This document shows positions 36,835 through 46,726 of a DNA stretch of 60,791 bases, in pieces (position 1 is the stretch's first letter; each line of letters begins with the position of its first letter). Location: the IMG/VR virus record IMGVR_UViG_3300023313_000007, positions 1-60,791 of that record. One strand, written 5' to 3'. This DNA comes from a virus. Lineage: Duplodnaviria; Caudoviricetes. The translations under genes and the position numbers were made by a program. The notes under the pieces are model-generated. The model was given only the letters and a program-made list of their open reading frames with translations, had not been told where the DNA came from and made no database searches.

Positions 36835-38216
36835 TGGCTAAGTATTTTGGTATTGTAGGTGCAGCAGCAACAACACTGATGCCAGGCTTTGTAACTCCTG
36901 GCGCGGCAACACCCAAGACTGCAAACACAGCCCTTACAAAGAACGCGGCATGGAAAGACCATCTTATCCTTGCACCAACGCAGAACACAGCTTTAACCGC
37001 TCCTGCAAATGCAGGTGGGGGTATGACTGTATCCTCGACAACACAGCTTATGAGTGGTATTGCAACAGGTGCAGCAACATTCTATTCGGTGGGTAGTTTC
37101 TGTTTGGGTGCTGCATATACGAAGGCAACTAAAGTACAGATTGATAAGTTTCGTGGTTCATTAAAACGCTCTGCAAGTCATAAGTATTTCATTGATGCTT
37201 ATTCAGTAAATGGTGCAGGTACAGCTTCAACGCGAGTTGCTTCTGTTCAGTTGGGAACATACGCAGGTAGCCCATCTGGTTGGCTTAATCCTTCTGCAAG
37301 TTTCACGCCGAACTCAACTAAAGTTGTAACTGTTCCCGCAGGTGGGCATTTAGTTATGCGTGCAGTGGGGAATGGCGGCACATCAAGTGGCATTAAGTTC
37401 ACTACAGGTTGGACAGCAGGGCGTTTACAAGCAGCATATATCCTAATCACTACAGAAACCGCAGCCGTGACAGGTGACCCGAATGTTATCCGTGACCGCT
37501 ATAACGACAGTGCAGGCAACCCAGTTCCAGATGGTGTAAAGGTGTATGAGTATGATGCTTCGACTATGCAGCCAACAGGTAATGTAGGTGTGATTGGTGG
37601 TGCAGCAGTAGGTGTTCCCGACCCATTGATTGCACCTACTGCTACAGGTGTGGGTGAGGTTGTGTTCACGCATACCGTTGCAGACTTAACAGAGTATTTT
37701 TATGTTATCCCCGACATGGCGAATGGTGTTGCTTGGGCAGCTACAACAGCCGTTGCATTGGGTGCTAAGATGAACCCTGCCAATGTGGGCAAGCTTACAG
37801 CAGTGTGTACGGTTGCAGGTACGACAGGAGCAACAGAGCCAGTGTGGTTTAATCTAGGCTTGGTTAAAGGTTCAACGGTTGTTGATGGTACAGTGACTTG
37901 GACAATGGAAGATACAGAAACAATCTGTACGGCAAGTATTCTGTCTCGTCAACAATGGCATTGGACTACAGGTAAGGCAGTGTTAAATGCTTCTGATGCA
38001 GTAGCCGCAGGTAGAAACACAAACGATTACCTCTACCCACTAATAGCTGATGAGTTGTTATATGCTTATTGTACAACAAGTGGCACAACAGGGGCTACAG
38101 AGCCAACATGGGCATCATTACTAGCAACAGCAGGTAGTGCAGCCGCATTGGTTGGAACACTTGTAACTGATGGCACTGCGGTGTGGACAATAGGTATAGA
38201 GAGTGAGTATCAATAA
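36831..38216 (+). CDS. Fibre/appendage protein with two CTxxGTTGATEPxW repeats
   Basis: CTVAGTTGATEPVW...DGTVTWT and CTTSGTTGATEPTW...DGTAVWT. Confidence 0.6.
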   Translation: MMAKYFGIVGAAATTLMPGFVTPGAATPKTANTALTKNAAWKDHLILAPTQNTALTAPANAGGGMTVSSTTQLMSGIATGAATFYSVGSFCLGAAYTKATKVQIDKFRGSLKRSASHKYFIDAYSVNGAGTASTRVASVQLGTYAGSPSGWLNPSASFTPNSTKVVTVPAGGHLVMRAVGNGGTSSGIKFTTGWTAGRLQAAYILITTETAAVTGDPNVIRDRYNDSAGNPVPDGVKVYEYDASTMQPTGNVGVIGGAAVGVPDPLIAPTATGVGEVVFTHTVADLTEYFYVIPDMANGVAWAATTAVALGAKMNPANVGKLTAVCTVAGTTGATEPVWFNLGLVKGSTVVDGTVTWTMEDTETICTASILSRQQWHWTTGKAVLNASDAVAAGRNTNDYLYPLIADELLYAYCTTSGTTGATEPTWASLLATAGSAAALVGTLVTDGTAVWTIGIESEYQ

Positions 38217-38623
38217 TGGCTATTTGGTATGCTAGACAACAGGGGAACGCAGCAGGTGGTTGGAGTGCTGCAAACCCTGCCGCTCAAGGTGGGCTTCTAG
38301 CTAACGCTAGCGGCTCGCTTGGATTATTTGGGGGAGTGGCTACTGCCGTGGTTATCCCTCCTGTAGCTAGGACTATAACTGTAGTATTGTATGACCATCT
38401 AGGGTCCTTATTACTAGGGCAGGACTGTAAAGTTATGCAGCCTACCGCATCTGGGTCTTCTGAGGTTACTATAGGTCTGTCTACCTCAGACCTTACTACA
38501 GGGGTGCTATCATTCACTAGAACTATACCCCCCACAGACCATGTACCTTTATATTTCACAGGGGCATACAGTGTGTTAGGTGTTGAGTACACCTACCGCT
38601 CTGAAATGCTGACACCCGCGTAA
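38216..38623 (+). CDS. Hypothetical virion protein
   Basis: Coupled ORF; N-terminus GWSAANP resembles GNWANP of the next gene. Confidence 0.5.
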   Translation: MAIWYARQQGNAAGGWSAANPAAQGGLLANASGSLGLFGGVATAVVIPPVARTITVVLYDHLGSLLLGQDCKVMQPTASGSSEVTIGLSTSDLTTGVLSFTRTIPPTDHVPLYFTGAYSVLGVEYTYRSEMLTPA

Positions 38624-41600
38624 TGGCTATCGGTGATGGATTTTTTCGCAACCCTAATAATGGGGTTGCAGGTAATGGCAACTGGGCTAACCCTCAGCAG
38701 CTAAATACAGGTAATGCCGCTTTAAGTGCTGACAGTTCCTCCACACAAGCAGGGGATGTTAGTTCTTTAGCATTAGTAGTCGCCACAGTTGCGTCTATAG
38801 TATCAGTACAGGCTGGTGATATATCTACTGCGGTTGCAGCTAACAACCCTATTCATAGTGGCGTATCTTCCCAACAGCAAGCAGATATATCCTCCGCAGC
38901 AGCGAGTCTAAGTTCCATTGGATTGGTGGTATCGGCACAATCTGGAGATACCTCCCTAACCGTAATTGCTAATATTGCTAAAGGGGGGCTAGTACTAACC
39001 CAAGCAGGTAATACCAGTCAGACTGCCGCTACCTTAACCCCAGCATCTATAGACATAAGCACTGCCCAGACTGGTGATATATCTAGCTTAGGAAGCACCA
39101 GTACACCCACAGCTACTGTAATATCAACCCAATCTTCTGATATTGGTTCTGCATCCTTAGTAGTAGGGGTTACTTCTGGTGTTGTAGCCTCCACCCAAGG
39201 AGGGGATAATAGCTCTATTTTAGCCTCATCGGGGGCGGTAAATGTAGTATTAAACACTACTCAAGCAGGGGACAATTCTAGTGAGACTGCATCGACACTA
39301 ATCCAATCTGGTGTAGTTATACCTCAATCTGGGGATACTGCTAGTATCGTATCATTAGCCCAGCCAGTTAATGCTGCCAGCACTCAAGTGCAAGGAGCGG
39401 ATGCTAGTGTTATTGTAGGGGGCAATACCCCATCCCTAGACCAAGGGTTATCACAAGGGGCAGACACCACAGTAATAACCACCACTACTGCAACAGTTCT
39501 TGCTAACTTAAATATCACTCAAGCAGGGGATAGTTCTTCTGAGAGTGCTAGTGTTATTACCCAGTCTGGTCTTGTCGCTACCCAGTCCTCAGACACCTCA
39601 GTTGCCACCGCCACCAATAGTCAAACTGCAATATCTTTGGTAGCTGCCCAGTCGGGGGATACCCCTTTCAGTGCTGCCTCTAGCCATGTAGTTGTTACTG
39701 CCTCTAGCTTTCAAGTAGGGGACACGGCTACTGCGTCAGCCTCTAGCACTAATAATATAAGTTCTACAGCCCTACAAGGCGGTGATTATTCTTCTGAGTC
39801 TGCGTCCACCATCATCCAGTCTGGGGTTTCTAATATTCAGTTGGGAGATACAGGTACAGCTACGGTAACAGCTCCTTTAACCCAGCTAACTATAGATAGT
39901 CTTCAAGCAGGGGACTCTAGTGTTGCCTCCGCCACTATCTTTACCCCCAGTAATTTTTCTGGATTATCTGGGTGGTTGGATGCTGCGGCAATCCCTGTAG
40001 GTGGTCTAGGTACTGATGCCGTTCCCCCTATGGCTGCTAACTCACAAGCTGGGGTATTTGTATCTTCATCCTCCAGTACTACCCAAGCTTTTACCGCCTT
40101 TGATGATGATGTCTTAACTGCTTGGACATCTTACGCTTATTCTGCAAGCTATTATGTGCAAGTAGACTTTGGTGTTGTCACGCCTATAGCCGCCGTTACG
40201 ATTTCGTTACAAGGTACTTATAGAACTCCTAAAGACTTTACGATACAAGCTTATAACCCTACCACTTTAGTATGGGACATTTTACACTCAGTTGTTGGGG
40301 ATACTTCTGCATGGGTAGCCTATACCACTAAGACTTTCACTTTCAATACTGTAGCCAATGGGTACACTAGATTTAAGTTAGATGTCACAGGTAATAACAA
40401 TTATTTAGGGTCTAACTCTACTACTATTTCAGAGTTGGAGTTCTTATCTCCAGTCGGTTTGACTGATGGTGATGGGGTGGCTACTTGGGTAGGCTCGGGA
40501 GGGACTCCAGATGCAACACAAGCAACGGTATCGCTACAGCCTAAGTTTTATACTGACCAATTAAATGGTCTTCCTGCGGTAAGGTTCACATCTTCTGCCT
40601 TAAATTCCCTAATACCGTTTAATACTCAGAGTATGGAGTTTTTCTTTGTACAGCGTAATAACGCGGGGGCATACAGAGGACTTACCTTAACCGACAACGC
40701 CGTAACGACTAACCAAGTGTATAAAACATTTGATGCAGGGCTATGGAGTGATGCTAATGGGTTAGTGTACCACCTTGGTGACGGTACGAACTTTGTAAGT
40801 AGGTCATACACCCCCAGAGCTGCCATTGCTGAGGCTACCCCTAATGTATGTAACATATCTTTGGGAGCTGGGTTAGCCAAGTTATTCCACAATGGGGTGG
40901 AATCTGTATACCCCTATTATGATACCTTACAATCTACAGGTAATCTTAGGGTAGGGGATTTAACTAACTCAAATAGGCATGATTTACACGAGATTATTAT
41001 TTATAATCGCACTCTTTCTCAAGCTGAGAGGGATACCGTAACAACTTATCTATATGGTAAATGGCTAACAGGTGCCACGATAACAAATATAGCTAGCCAG
41101 CAGGGGGGAGACACCTCTAATGCTAATATCGCTGCTATAGACCAGACTGGATTGGTGTCCTTGTCGGCAGGGGATGTTGCTAGCACTACGGCAATGCCAG
41201 TTATTGTTGCTCTGTCCTCCGCAGTTCAAGCAGGCGACACCAATTTGGGAGCATTATCTCAAATAGGGGTAGGGGGGATAGCCTCTGCCCAGATTGGAGA
41301 TGTTGGTATCACTCATGCACCAGTCTCAGCATTGGTCGCTATAGCTATAAGTACCCAAAGTGGAGATACCTCCTTAGAGGCTGCCGTCACAGTAGCCCAA
41401 GCTGGTGTGGTGTCTGTGTCTGGAGGGGATACTGCTAACACTACGGCGTTAATAAGTTCGCCTAATGCTGAGGCAATTTCCACTCAGTTAGGAGACATAG
41501 TAAATACTTCACTAAGTCTTCAAGCATTAGCAGGGGTTACGGCTACACAGGCGGGGGATTCATCTATCACCCTAGTAGCTAGCCGCTCATCGGCTGTTGT

Positions 41601-42735
41601 TATAGCCCAACAAGGGGCTAACACTAGCCTCGAAACCTCTAAGGTTATTGTTGATGCAGGGGTTGTAAGCACTCAAGCAGGGGATTCTAATAGTACGGTA
41701 TCCTCACTATTATCTTCTGTAGCTATAACCTCTGTAAGTTTAGGGGATATAGGCACTATTACGGCTACCCCTAGCACCGCAGCAGGCATAGCTACCCCTC
41801 AAGGGGCTGATGTAAGCTCAGAGACTGCTACAGCTATAGCGCAATTAGGTGGTGTCTCTACTCAGTCCTCAGATACTACTGTTATTGCTACCATTTCTGG
41901 AGCCGTTATAGCAGGAGCGCAGGTAGGAGATGCCTCAATAGTAATTGGCTCACCTATCGGCTCTATAGCTATGGTTGCCGCCCAATCTGGGGACACTTCA
42001 ACTGCCTATATAGCTAGTGGTGTAGATGCTTCTATAAACACCGTCCAAGCAGGTGATGGGGCTTCTGAGACTATCATTGCCCTTGTACAAGCGGGCATAG
42101 TGTCGGTGCAGGCAGGGGATAGTACTTCTATCTCAGCATATTTCAGATTAAGTGCTAACAATGATGCTACCCAAGCAGGGGACACCTCTGTACTTACATC
42201 CTACAGCTCTAATACGATAGGAGTTAATAGCACTCAAGCAGGGGATGTATCTACAGAATCCTCAACTACTGTTTCTCAAGCAGGAAGTATATCTACAGCA
42301 CTGGGGGATATTTCTACCACCGTTGCAGTAAATACTACTACCTTAGGGGGCAGTGTACCCCAAGCTCCAGACACCAGTGAGACTACGGTCTTAGGTGTAT
42401 CTGGCGCACAAGGGGTACAGACACAGTTAGGGGATATTGCCACCGAATCGGCTAATGCCATTGTACAAGCTGGCGTTGTCACTATTCAACAAGGGGATAC
42501 CTCGGCATCATCCGCTGCCCACTTTGGAAATGAACTTATTGCAGCACAAGCAGGAGATATATCTACAGATTTGTCTGCTACTTCTCAAGCAGTGTCCCGT
42601 GAGATTATTACCCTTATAGCACCTATAACAGAGCTTGTTTGGCAGTCTTCTTACATAAAAGAGTCGGAGGGTCTAACCTCCGCCGTAACAGAGCAGGTAG
42701 AGTTTATAGCCCCTGCATACATAAAGGTGGTTTAA
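38623..42735 (+). CDS. Giant repeat filament protein (about 43 QxGD repeats) with central LamG/ConA-like and F5/8C (discoidin)-like domains
   Basis: ~22-aa periodic xxQ(A/S/G)GD(T/S/I)S repeats; central GWLDA...LNGLPAVRF...EIIIYNRTLS; AFDDD...W...VQVDFG...PKDFTIQA...ISELEF. Confidence 0.75.
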   Translation: MAIGDGFFRNPNNGVAGNGNWANPQQLNTGNAALSADSSSTQAGDVSSLALVVATVASIVSVQAGDISTAVAANNPIHSGVSSQQQADISSAAASLSSIGLVVSAQSGDTSLTVIANIAKGGLVLTQAGNTSQTAATLTPASIDISTAQTGDISSLGSTSTPTATVISTQSSDIGSASLVVGVTSGVVASTQGGDNSSILASSGAVNVVLNTTQAGDNSSETASTLIQSGVVIPQSGDTASIVSLAQPVNAASTQVQGADASVIVGGNTPSLDQGLSQGADTTVITTTTATVLANLNITQAGDSSSESASVITQSGLVATQSSDTSVATATNSQTAISLVAAQSGDTPFSAASSHVVVTASSFQVGDTATASASSTNNISSTALQGGDYSSESASTIIQSGVSNIQLGDTGTATVTAPLTQLTIDSLQAGDSSVASATIFTPSNFSGLSGWLDAAAIPVGGLGTDAVPPMAANSQAGVFVSSSSSTTQAFTAFDDDVLTAWTSYAYSASYYVQVDFGVVTPIAAVTISLQGTYRTPKDFTIQAYNPTTLVWDILHSVVGDTSAWVAYTTKTFTFNTVANGYTRFKLDVTGNNNYLGSNSTTISELEFLSPVGLTDGDGVATWVGSGGTPDATQATVSLQPKFYTDQLNGLPAVRFTSSALNSLIPFNTQSMEFFFVQRNNAGAYRGLTLTDNAVTTNQVYKTFDAGLWSDANGLVYHLGDGTNFVSRSYTPRAAIAEATPNVCNISLGAGLAKLFHNGVESVYPYYDTLQSTGNLRVGDLTNSNRHDLHEIIIYNRTLSQAERDTVTTYLYGKWLTGATITNIASQQGGDTSNANIAAIDQTGLVSLSAGDVASTTAMPVIVALSSAVQAGDTNLGALSQIGVGGIASAQIGDVGITHAPVSALVAIAISTQSGDTSLEAAVTVAQAGVVSVSGGDTANTTALISSPNAEAISTQLGDIVNTSLSLQALAGVTATQAGDSSITLVASRSSAVVIAQQGANTSLETSKVIVDAGVVSTQAGDSNSTVSSLLSSVAITSVSLGDIGTITATPSTAAGIATPQGADVSSETATAIAQLGGVSTQSSDTTVIATISGAVIAGAQVGDASIVIGSPIGSIAMVAAQSGDTSTAYIASGVDASINTVQAGDGASETIIALVQAGIVSVQAGDSTSISAYFRLSANNDATQAGDTSVLTSYSSNTIGVNSTQAGDVSTESSTTVSQAGSISTALGDISTTVAVNTTTLGGSVPQAPDTSETTVLGVSGAQGVQTQLGDIATESANAIVQAGVVTIQQGDTSASSAAHFGNELIAAQAGDISTDLSATSQAVSREIITLIAPITELVWQSSYIKESEGLTSAVTEQVEFIAPAYIKVV

Positions 42736-42736
42736 T

Positions 42737-43015
42737 ATGGCTAAGGTTTATGCAGGGGATATTGGAACGCTTATACGGTTAGATGTTGGCACAGATGTTA
42801 CAGGGTCAGTCGTTGAAATACGGGTAGATTTTGAAGGCTCTAGCTTGACATGGGCAGCCACTGCAAATGGTAACTTTGTAGAGTATGTCACTAAGGGAGA
42901 TGCTACAGATATAGCCTCAGCAGGTAAGTACAAGCTACAGGCGCATGTTAATAAGGGTGCTTGGATTGGTTTGGGGGAGACCGTCACATTAAAGGTGTAT
43001 GGAGCTTTCAGATGA
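42737..43015 (+). CDS. Small BppU-like/Ig-like structural protein
   Basis: GDIGTLI...YVT...AGKYKLQAHV pattern. Confidence 0.5.
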   Translation: MAKVYAGDIGTLIRLDVGTDVTGSVVEIRVDFEGSSLTWAATANGNFVEYVTKGDATDIASAGKYKLQAHVNKGAWIGLGETVTLKVYGAFR

Positions 43016-43458
43016 AAATAATCCTAGTAGAGGGCAAAACAACTTGGGTCGGGCGGATTATAGATTGGGTGACTAATTCTAAATATAGTCATGCAGGTAT
43101 TGTAATAGGAAAGACTTTCTATGATGCCTCAGAGTCTAGGGGGTCAGTAGGGTCAGACCATACCGTTAAGGATTACCAAGGAAGGGGTATGAAGGTCTAT
43201 GATTTGGGAAAAACAGACCCTAGGACTATCGCTTGGATAAAAAGCCAAGTAGGAAGGGATTATGATTATGTGGGTATTATTGGGTGGATATTTAATTATC
43301 AACGAAATAGTAATGTTTACTGTTTTGAGTGGGTATTAGAAGCCTTGTGTATGGATAGGTACGGTTCTCCAGAGTACGGATGGGGGTCAGTAGGTGCTAA
43401 TGATATAACCCACTTCCTTGAGGCGTACCATAAAGATGCAAAGATAAAGGAGCTATGA
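43012..43458 (+). CDS. Permuted papain-like (NlpC/P60, YiiX/YebB-type) amidase
   Basis: SKYSHAGIV (catalytic His first), GRDYDY, YCFEWV (Cys later); GGAG SD before ATG 43012. Confidence 0.75.
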   Translation: MKIILVEGKTTWVGRIIDWVTNSKYSHAGIVIGKTFYDASESRGSVGSDHTVKDYQGRGMKVYDLGKTDPRTIAWIKSQVGRDYDYVGIIGWIFNYQRNSNVYCFEWVLEALCMDRYGSPEYGWGSVGANDITHFLEAYHKDAKIKEL

Positions 43459-44075
43459 TGGCTAACATTGTTTTATGCGCAGGACATACCCCAGAGGCTA
43501 CTGGCGCAGTAAATGCGAAATATAACCTTAATGAATATTCAGAAGCTCTAGTTATTGTTGAATGTATGGTAGATATTCTTAAAGATTTGGATTACCAAGT
43601 AACTACCATGACAGGTAAATTAAGAGATAAAGTTGATTTTATAAATGAGTACAAGCCAGACCTAGCTTTAGATATACATTTCAATGCTGATTATGACCAC
43701 TTAGACCCCTATGATAATGATGATACTAGAGGGTGTGGCTGTATGGTTATGTATTGCCCGAAACAATCTAGGTATGGTGGGGTTGAGCCACTAAACTATA
43801 ATAGGAAAGAACAAGCTATAACTATGTCTAGGGTTATGTCTAATGTTATTAAAGCCAAAGACTTAGGAGGTAGGCAAGGGTGGTACTGGGGTAGTAACCC
43901 TCCTAAAGATAAAGATTATTTCCTACGCAAAACTACATGCCCCGCATTTATACCAGAGCTAGGGTATATAGATAATAATAAGTTTTGTGAAGATTGGCTA
44001 TTAGCTAATAGACATTATGAGTTAGCTGAGGCTATAGTCCGTGGTATTCTAGTTCACTTTGAGGAGGATATTTAG
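43455..44075 (+). CDS. Endolysin, N-acetylmuramoyl-L-alanine amidase (Amidase_3)
   Basis: AGH, E, DIHFNA and PELGYIDN Zn/catalytic motifs. Confidence 0.88.
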   Translation: MMANIVLCAGHTPEATGAVNAKYNLNEYSEALVIVECMVDILKDLDYQVTTMTGKLRDKVDFINEYKPDLALDIHFNADYDHLDPYDNDDTRGCGCMVMYCPKQSRYGGVEPLNYNRKEQAITMSRVMSNVIKAKDLGGRQGWYWGSNPPKDKDYFLRKTTCPAFIPELGYIDNNKFCEDWLLANRHYELAEAIVRGILVHFEEDI

Positions 44076-44345
44076 ATGTCAGAAATTATTAAGGAAGGGG
44101 AAACCCTTACAGATATTGCTTTGGAGTCTTCTAAGTGGAGGCACCGCCGTAGAATGGCGTATGCTTCTATCATAGGTATATTGACTATCGCGGTATTGTC
44201 TTTGGTTCGGTCTTCCTATATCCCAGATGAAAGGCTAACCGCCGCCTCAGATGTGCTTGGTTGGGTGCTAATTGCTCTCGCGGGTATTGTAGTGGCGTAC
44301 TTCGGCAATAATGCTATGGAAGCTTCTATGAAGAAGGGCAAATAG
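44076..44345 (+). CDS. Holin (2 TM)
   Basis: WRHRRRMA then two TM helices, AYFG, basic C-terminus; next to endolysin. Confidence 0.7.
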   Translation: MSEIIKEGETLTDIALESSKWRHRRRMAYASIIGILTIAVLSLVRSSYIPDERLTAASDVLGWVLIALAGIVVAYFGNNAMEASMKKGK

Positions 44346-44690
44346 ATGCCCCACCACCACCACGATGAAGAAGTACCTACCCGTATGGCATGGGTGTCTT
44401 CTACTACAGGAGTTCTTGTGAGTATAAGTACTATGGTAGGGTTTATTGTAGGAGCGTTACTTTGGATGCAATCAACCTTCGTAGATGCCTCGGAATTTCT
44501 TGAGGTACAAGCTTCCATCATACAGATGGAGATAAACGCTTCTAAGAAAGAGTTGAGAGCATTAAAGCGTGAGTATAGAAGGGCTAGCCATAAGGAAAAG
44601 GCTGCACTAGAAGATGATATGGATAAGGTTAAGGACGATATTGCTGAGCATGAGTCCGAAAAAAGGGAGCTATTTGATGCAGCAGATTAA
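44346..44690 (+). CDS. Membrane-anchored coiled-coil protein of the lysis cassette
   Basis: One TM plus charged coiled coil; N-terminal HHHH. Confidence 0.5.
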   Translation: MPHHHHDEEVPTRMAWVSSTTGVLVSISTMVGFIVGALLWMQSTFVDASEFLEVQASIIQMEINASKKELRALKREYRRASHKEKAALEDDMDKVKDDIAEHESEKRELFDAAD

Positions 44691-45036
44691 ATACTACGGG
44701 GTGGAACTATACCACTTCTGTAAACTACACTTAACAGCAGTTTTGGGGGTAATCATACTGATACTGCTATCCATGTTTGGGCGTAAGGCGTTCTTAGTCA
44801 CGCAATTACAATTACGAAATAGACTAAGCGATGCTGCTAAAGATGAAGATGTTATACGAGAGCGTTCTAGGGCTGCGGCTAGAGAGTCAGTGCGTAATTA
44901 TAAGACTCAAGATAAAGTGTCGTCTAAACAACTACACAAGGCTATGGATGCTCAAGAGCAAGCTGCAAGGTTGCACTTACGAAAAGACCCACAGCTTCCA
45001 GATGCTAAGCTACTGGAGTTACTTAATAATGATTAA
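44677..45036 (+). CDS. Inner-membrane spanin (Rz-like)
   Basis: N-terminal TM AVLGVIILILLSMF, then helical periplasmic region; overlaps a lipoprotein gene. Confidence 0.6.
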   Translation: MQQIKYYGVELYHFCKLHLTAVLGVIILILLSMFGRKAFLVTQLQLRNRLSDAAKDEDVIRERSRAAARESVRNYKTQDKVSSKQLHKAMDAQEQAARLHLRKDPQLPDAKLLELLNND

Positions 45037-45466
45037 GGTGTGGTGTATCTTGGGGCTACTATTGAGTGGCTGTGCTTCTATGGATGTAGGCAAGAGGTTA
45101 GATGCGATAAATGCACAACCATACTTGGCTGACTATATAGCGGTTAAACCTTATCAGCATGTTGAGTTAGCTCCGCTGATTAAGATGCAAGATACATCTG
45201 CCTCATCGCTCGTGTTACGGCATGAGCAGCATAAGCTGGATAGGGAGACCGTTAGGAACCTAGACAGTGCCTTAGCTGCCAAGACCAAGCAATTAGAGTT
45301 GCTGCGTGATGCGATGAAAAACATAGAGGTAGCGGACAGGGCTACCCAAAGGTCTAAGGTTCATCTTGAAGCAGCCTTAGAACAAGAGCAGAGGACTGCT
45401 AGTATAAATGACCTAAAACATTCCCTATTTGAGATTATACTAGGTGTACTATTTATCCTAAAATGA
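45029..45466 (+). CDS. Spanin-type lipoprotein with C-terminal hydrophobic segment
   Basis: MIKVWCILGLLLSG/C lipobox; coiled coil; ends LFEIILGVLFILK. Confidence 0.65.
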   Translation: MIKVWCILGLLLSGCASMDVGKRLDAINAQPYLADYIAVKPYQHVELAPLIKMQDTSASSLVLRHEQHKLDRETVRNLDSALAAKTKQLELLRDAMKNIEVADRATQRSKVHLEAALEQEQRTASINDLKHSLFEIILGVLFILK

Positions 45467-45469
45467 TGG

Positions 45470-45498
45470 TTGACAAGTGATACTAATGGGTGTAATCT
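45470..45498 (+). promoter_or_regulatory. sigma70-type promoter
   Basis: TTGACA-17 nt-TAATCT at the start of the replication block. Confidence 0.65.
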
Positions 45499-45525
45499 CC
45501 CGCTCATAATTAGGAGGGAGTACCT

Positions 45526-46680
45526 ATGCTAACAACAGCCATTGAATCAGAATTACCTATTATTGAAATAACAACCACAGACCTTGTTTATCTTGTAGAG
45601 ACCTTAAATGCCATATTAGGACTACAATTTAGTAGATTTAATCCTGCTGCCCCCATAAAAGAGAAATACACCTATCATATAGGTACCCTAAAATCACCTA
45701 ACCTAGAAGCATTATACCCAAGGTTATTAAAAGCTGGGTGTAGTTTAATTCTAGTTAATTCTGAAGCACCAAGCTTATCTGCTTTTAATGCAGGGTCTAT
45801 AGCTCCTACCGTGGAGGCTTTATGGGAGCTTCTTAAAGACCACATAGGGGAGGATAAGAAAGATGAAACCCTAAATCTTTTAAAAGGTAGTACCTTAAAG
45901 GATGTGGGGGAATATATTAGACTGTCCAAAGGGTTGTATGGAAAAGTAGAGTACCAAGGGTTAAAAGAATTATCCCTTAGAAATACTAGCGTTGCTAAGG
46001 GCGTTGAGAGTGTAAGTACCTTATTAGAATTTTACTCCCCACCACAATCATTACAGGACTGGCTGGAAGTAGATGGTAAATTTTTCAAGGACAGCCCCCA
46101 CAAATCTTTGGTACCTAGAGGTTTAATGTTTTATGGGGAAGCGGGGACAGGTAAAACACTGGGAGCTAAGTATCTAGCCAACACCTTAGGAGTGCCTTTA
46201 TATCGTTTAAATATGGGCGAGATGATGGGCAAATATGTAGGAGAATCAGAGGGGAATATGGAAACCGCTTTAAGGTATGTTATTAAAGAGTCCCCCTCGG
46301 TATTACTTATTGATGAAGTAGAAAAGGTGTTTAATGACAAAGATGATAATGGGGTACAGTTTAGACTACTATCTCAATTATTATGGTGGTTACAAGAGCA
46401 TAATAGTAGTGTTTTAACGATTATGACCACCAATGATTATAGTATCCTCCCCCCAGAATTATATCGAGAGGGTCGGATAGATAAGAAATTCAAATTCAGC
46501 CCCTTAAATGCTTCTGATGCAGACTCTTTCGCAAAAAGGTATTTAACCACCTTAAATATTGTTGAAGGAGGTACTATATCTATTGCCTTACATGAGGACA
46601 GCACTTACACCCCTGCTACAATAGTACAAAGGGTTCTACAGGCTGTTAAGTTATTTATTATTGACAAGGGCGGAGTATAA
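45526..46680 (+). CDS. AAA+ ATPase (Ycf46-like)
   Basis: Walker A GEAGTGKT, KYVGESE pore loop, Walker B LLIDEVEK, SRH PELYREGRID. Confidence 0.88.
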   Translation: MLTTAIESELPIIEITTTDLVYLVETLNAILGLQFSRFNPAAPIKEKYTYHIGTLKSPNLEALYPRLLKAGCSLILVNSEAPSLSAFNAGSIAPTVEALWELLKDHIGEDKKDETLNLLKGSTLKDVGEYIRLSKGLYGKVEYQGLKELSLRNTSVAKGVESVSTLLEFYSPPQSLQDWLEVDGKFFKDSPHKSLVPRGLMFYGEAGTGKTLGAKYLANTLGVPLYRLNMGEMMGKYVGESEGNMETALRYVIKESPSVLLIDEVEKVFNDKDDNGVQFRLLSQLLWWLQEHNSSVLTIMTTNDYSILPPELYREGRIDKKFKFSPLNASDADSFAKRYLTTLNIVEGGTISIALHEDSTYTPATIVQRVLQAVKLFIIDKGGV

Positions 46681-46688
46681 TATAGTCT
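46661..46688 (+). promoter_or_regulatory. Putative sigma70-type promoter
   Basis: TTGACA-16 nt-TAGTCT. Confidence 0.4.
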
Positions 46689-46726
46689 CCCCCATCTTTA
46701 AGTAATACACGGAGGTATTCCTATAA

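Noticed and set aside
38623-42735. Ice-nucleation protein
   Set aside because: Period is ~22 aa with a QxGD core, not the 16-aa AGYGSTxTA repeat.
44831-45028. N-terminal 66 aa of the 211-aa ORF as a real embedded coding region
   Set aside because: The lipoprotein signal begins at ATG 45029 with a GGAG SD; the upstream part is just an open frame under the Rz-like gene.
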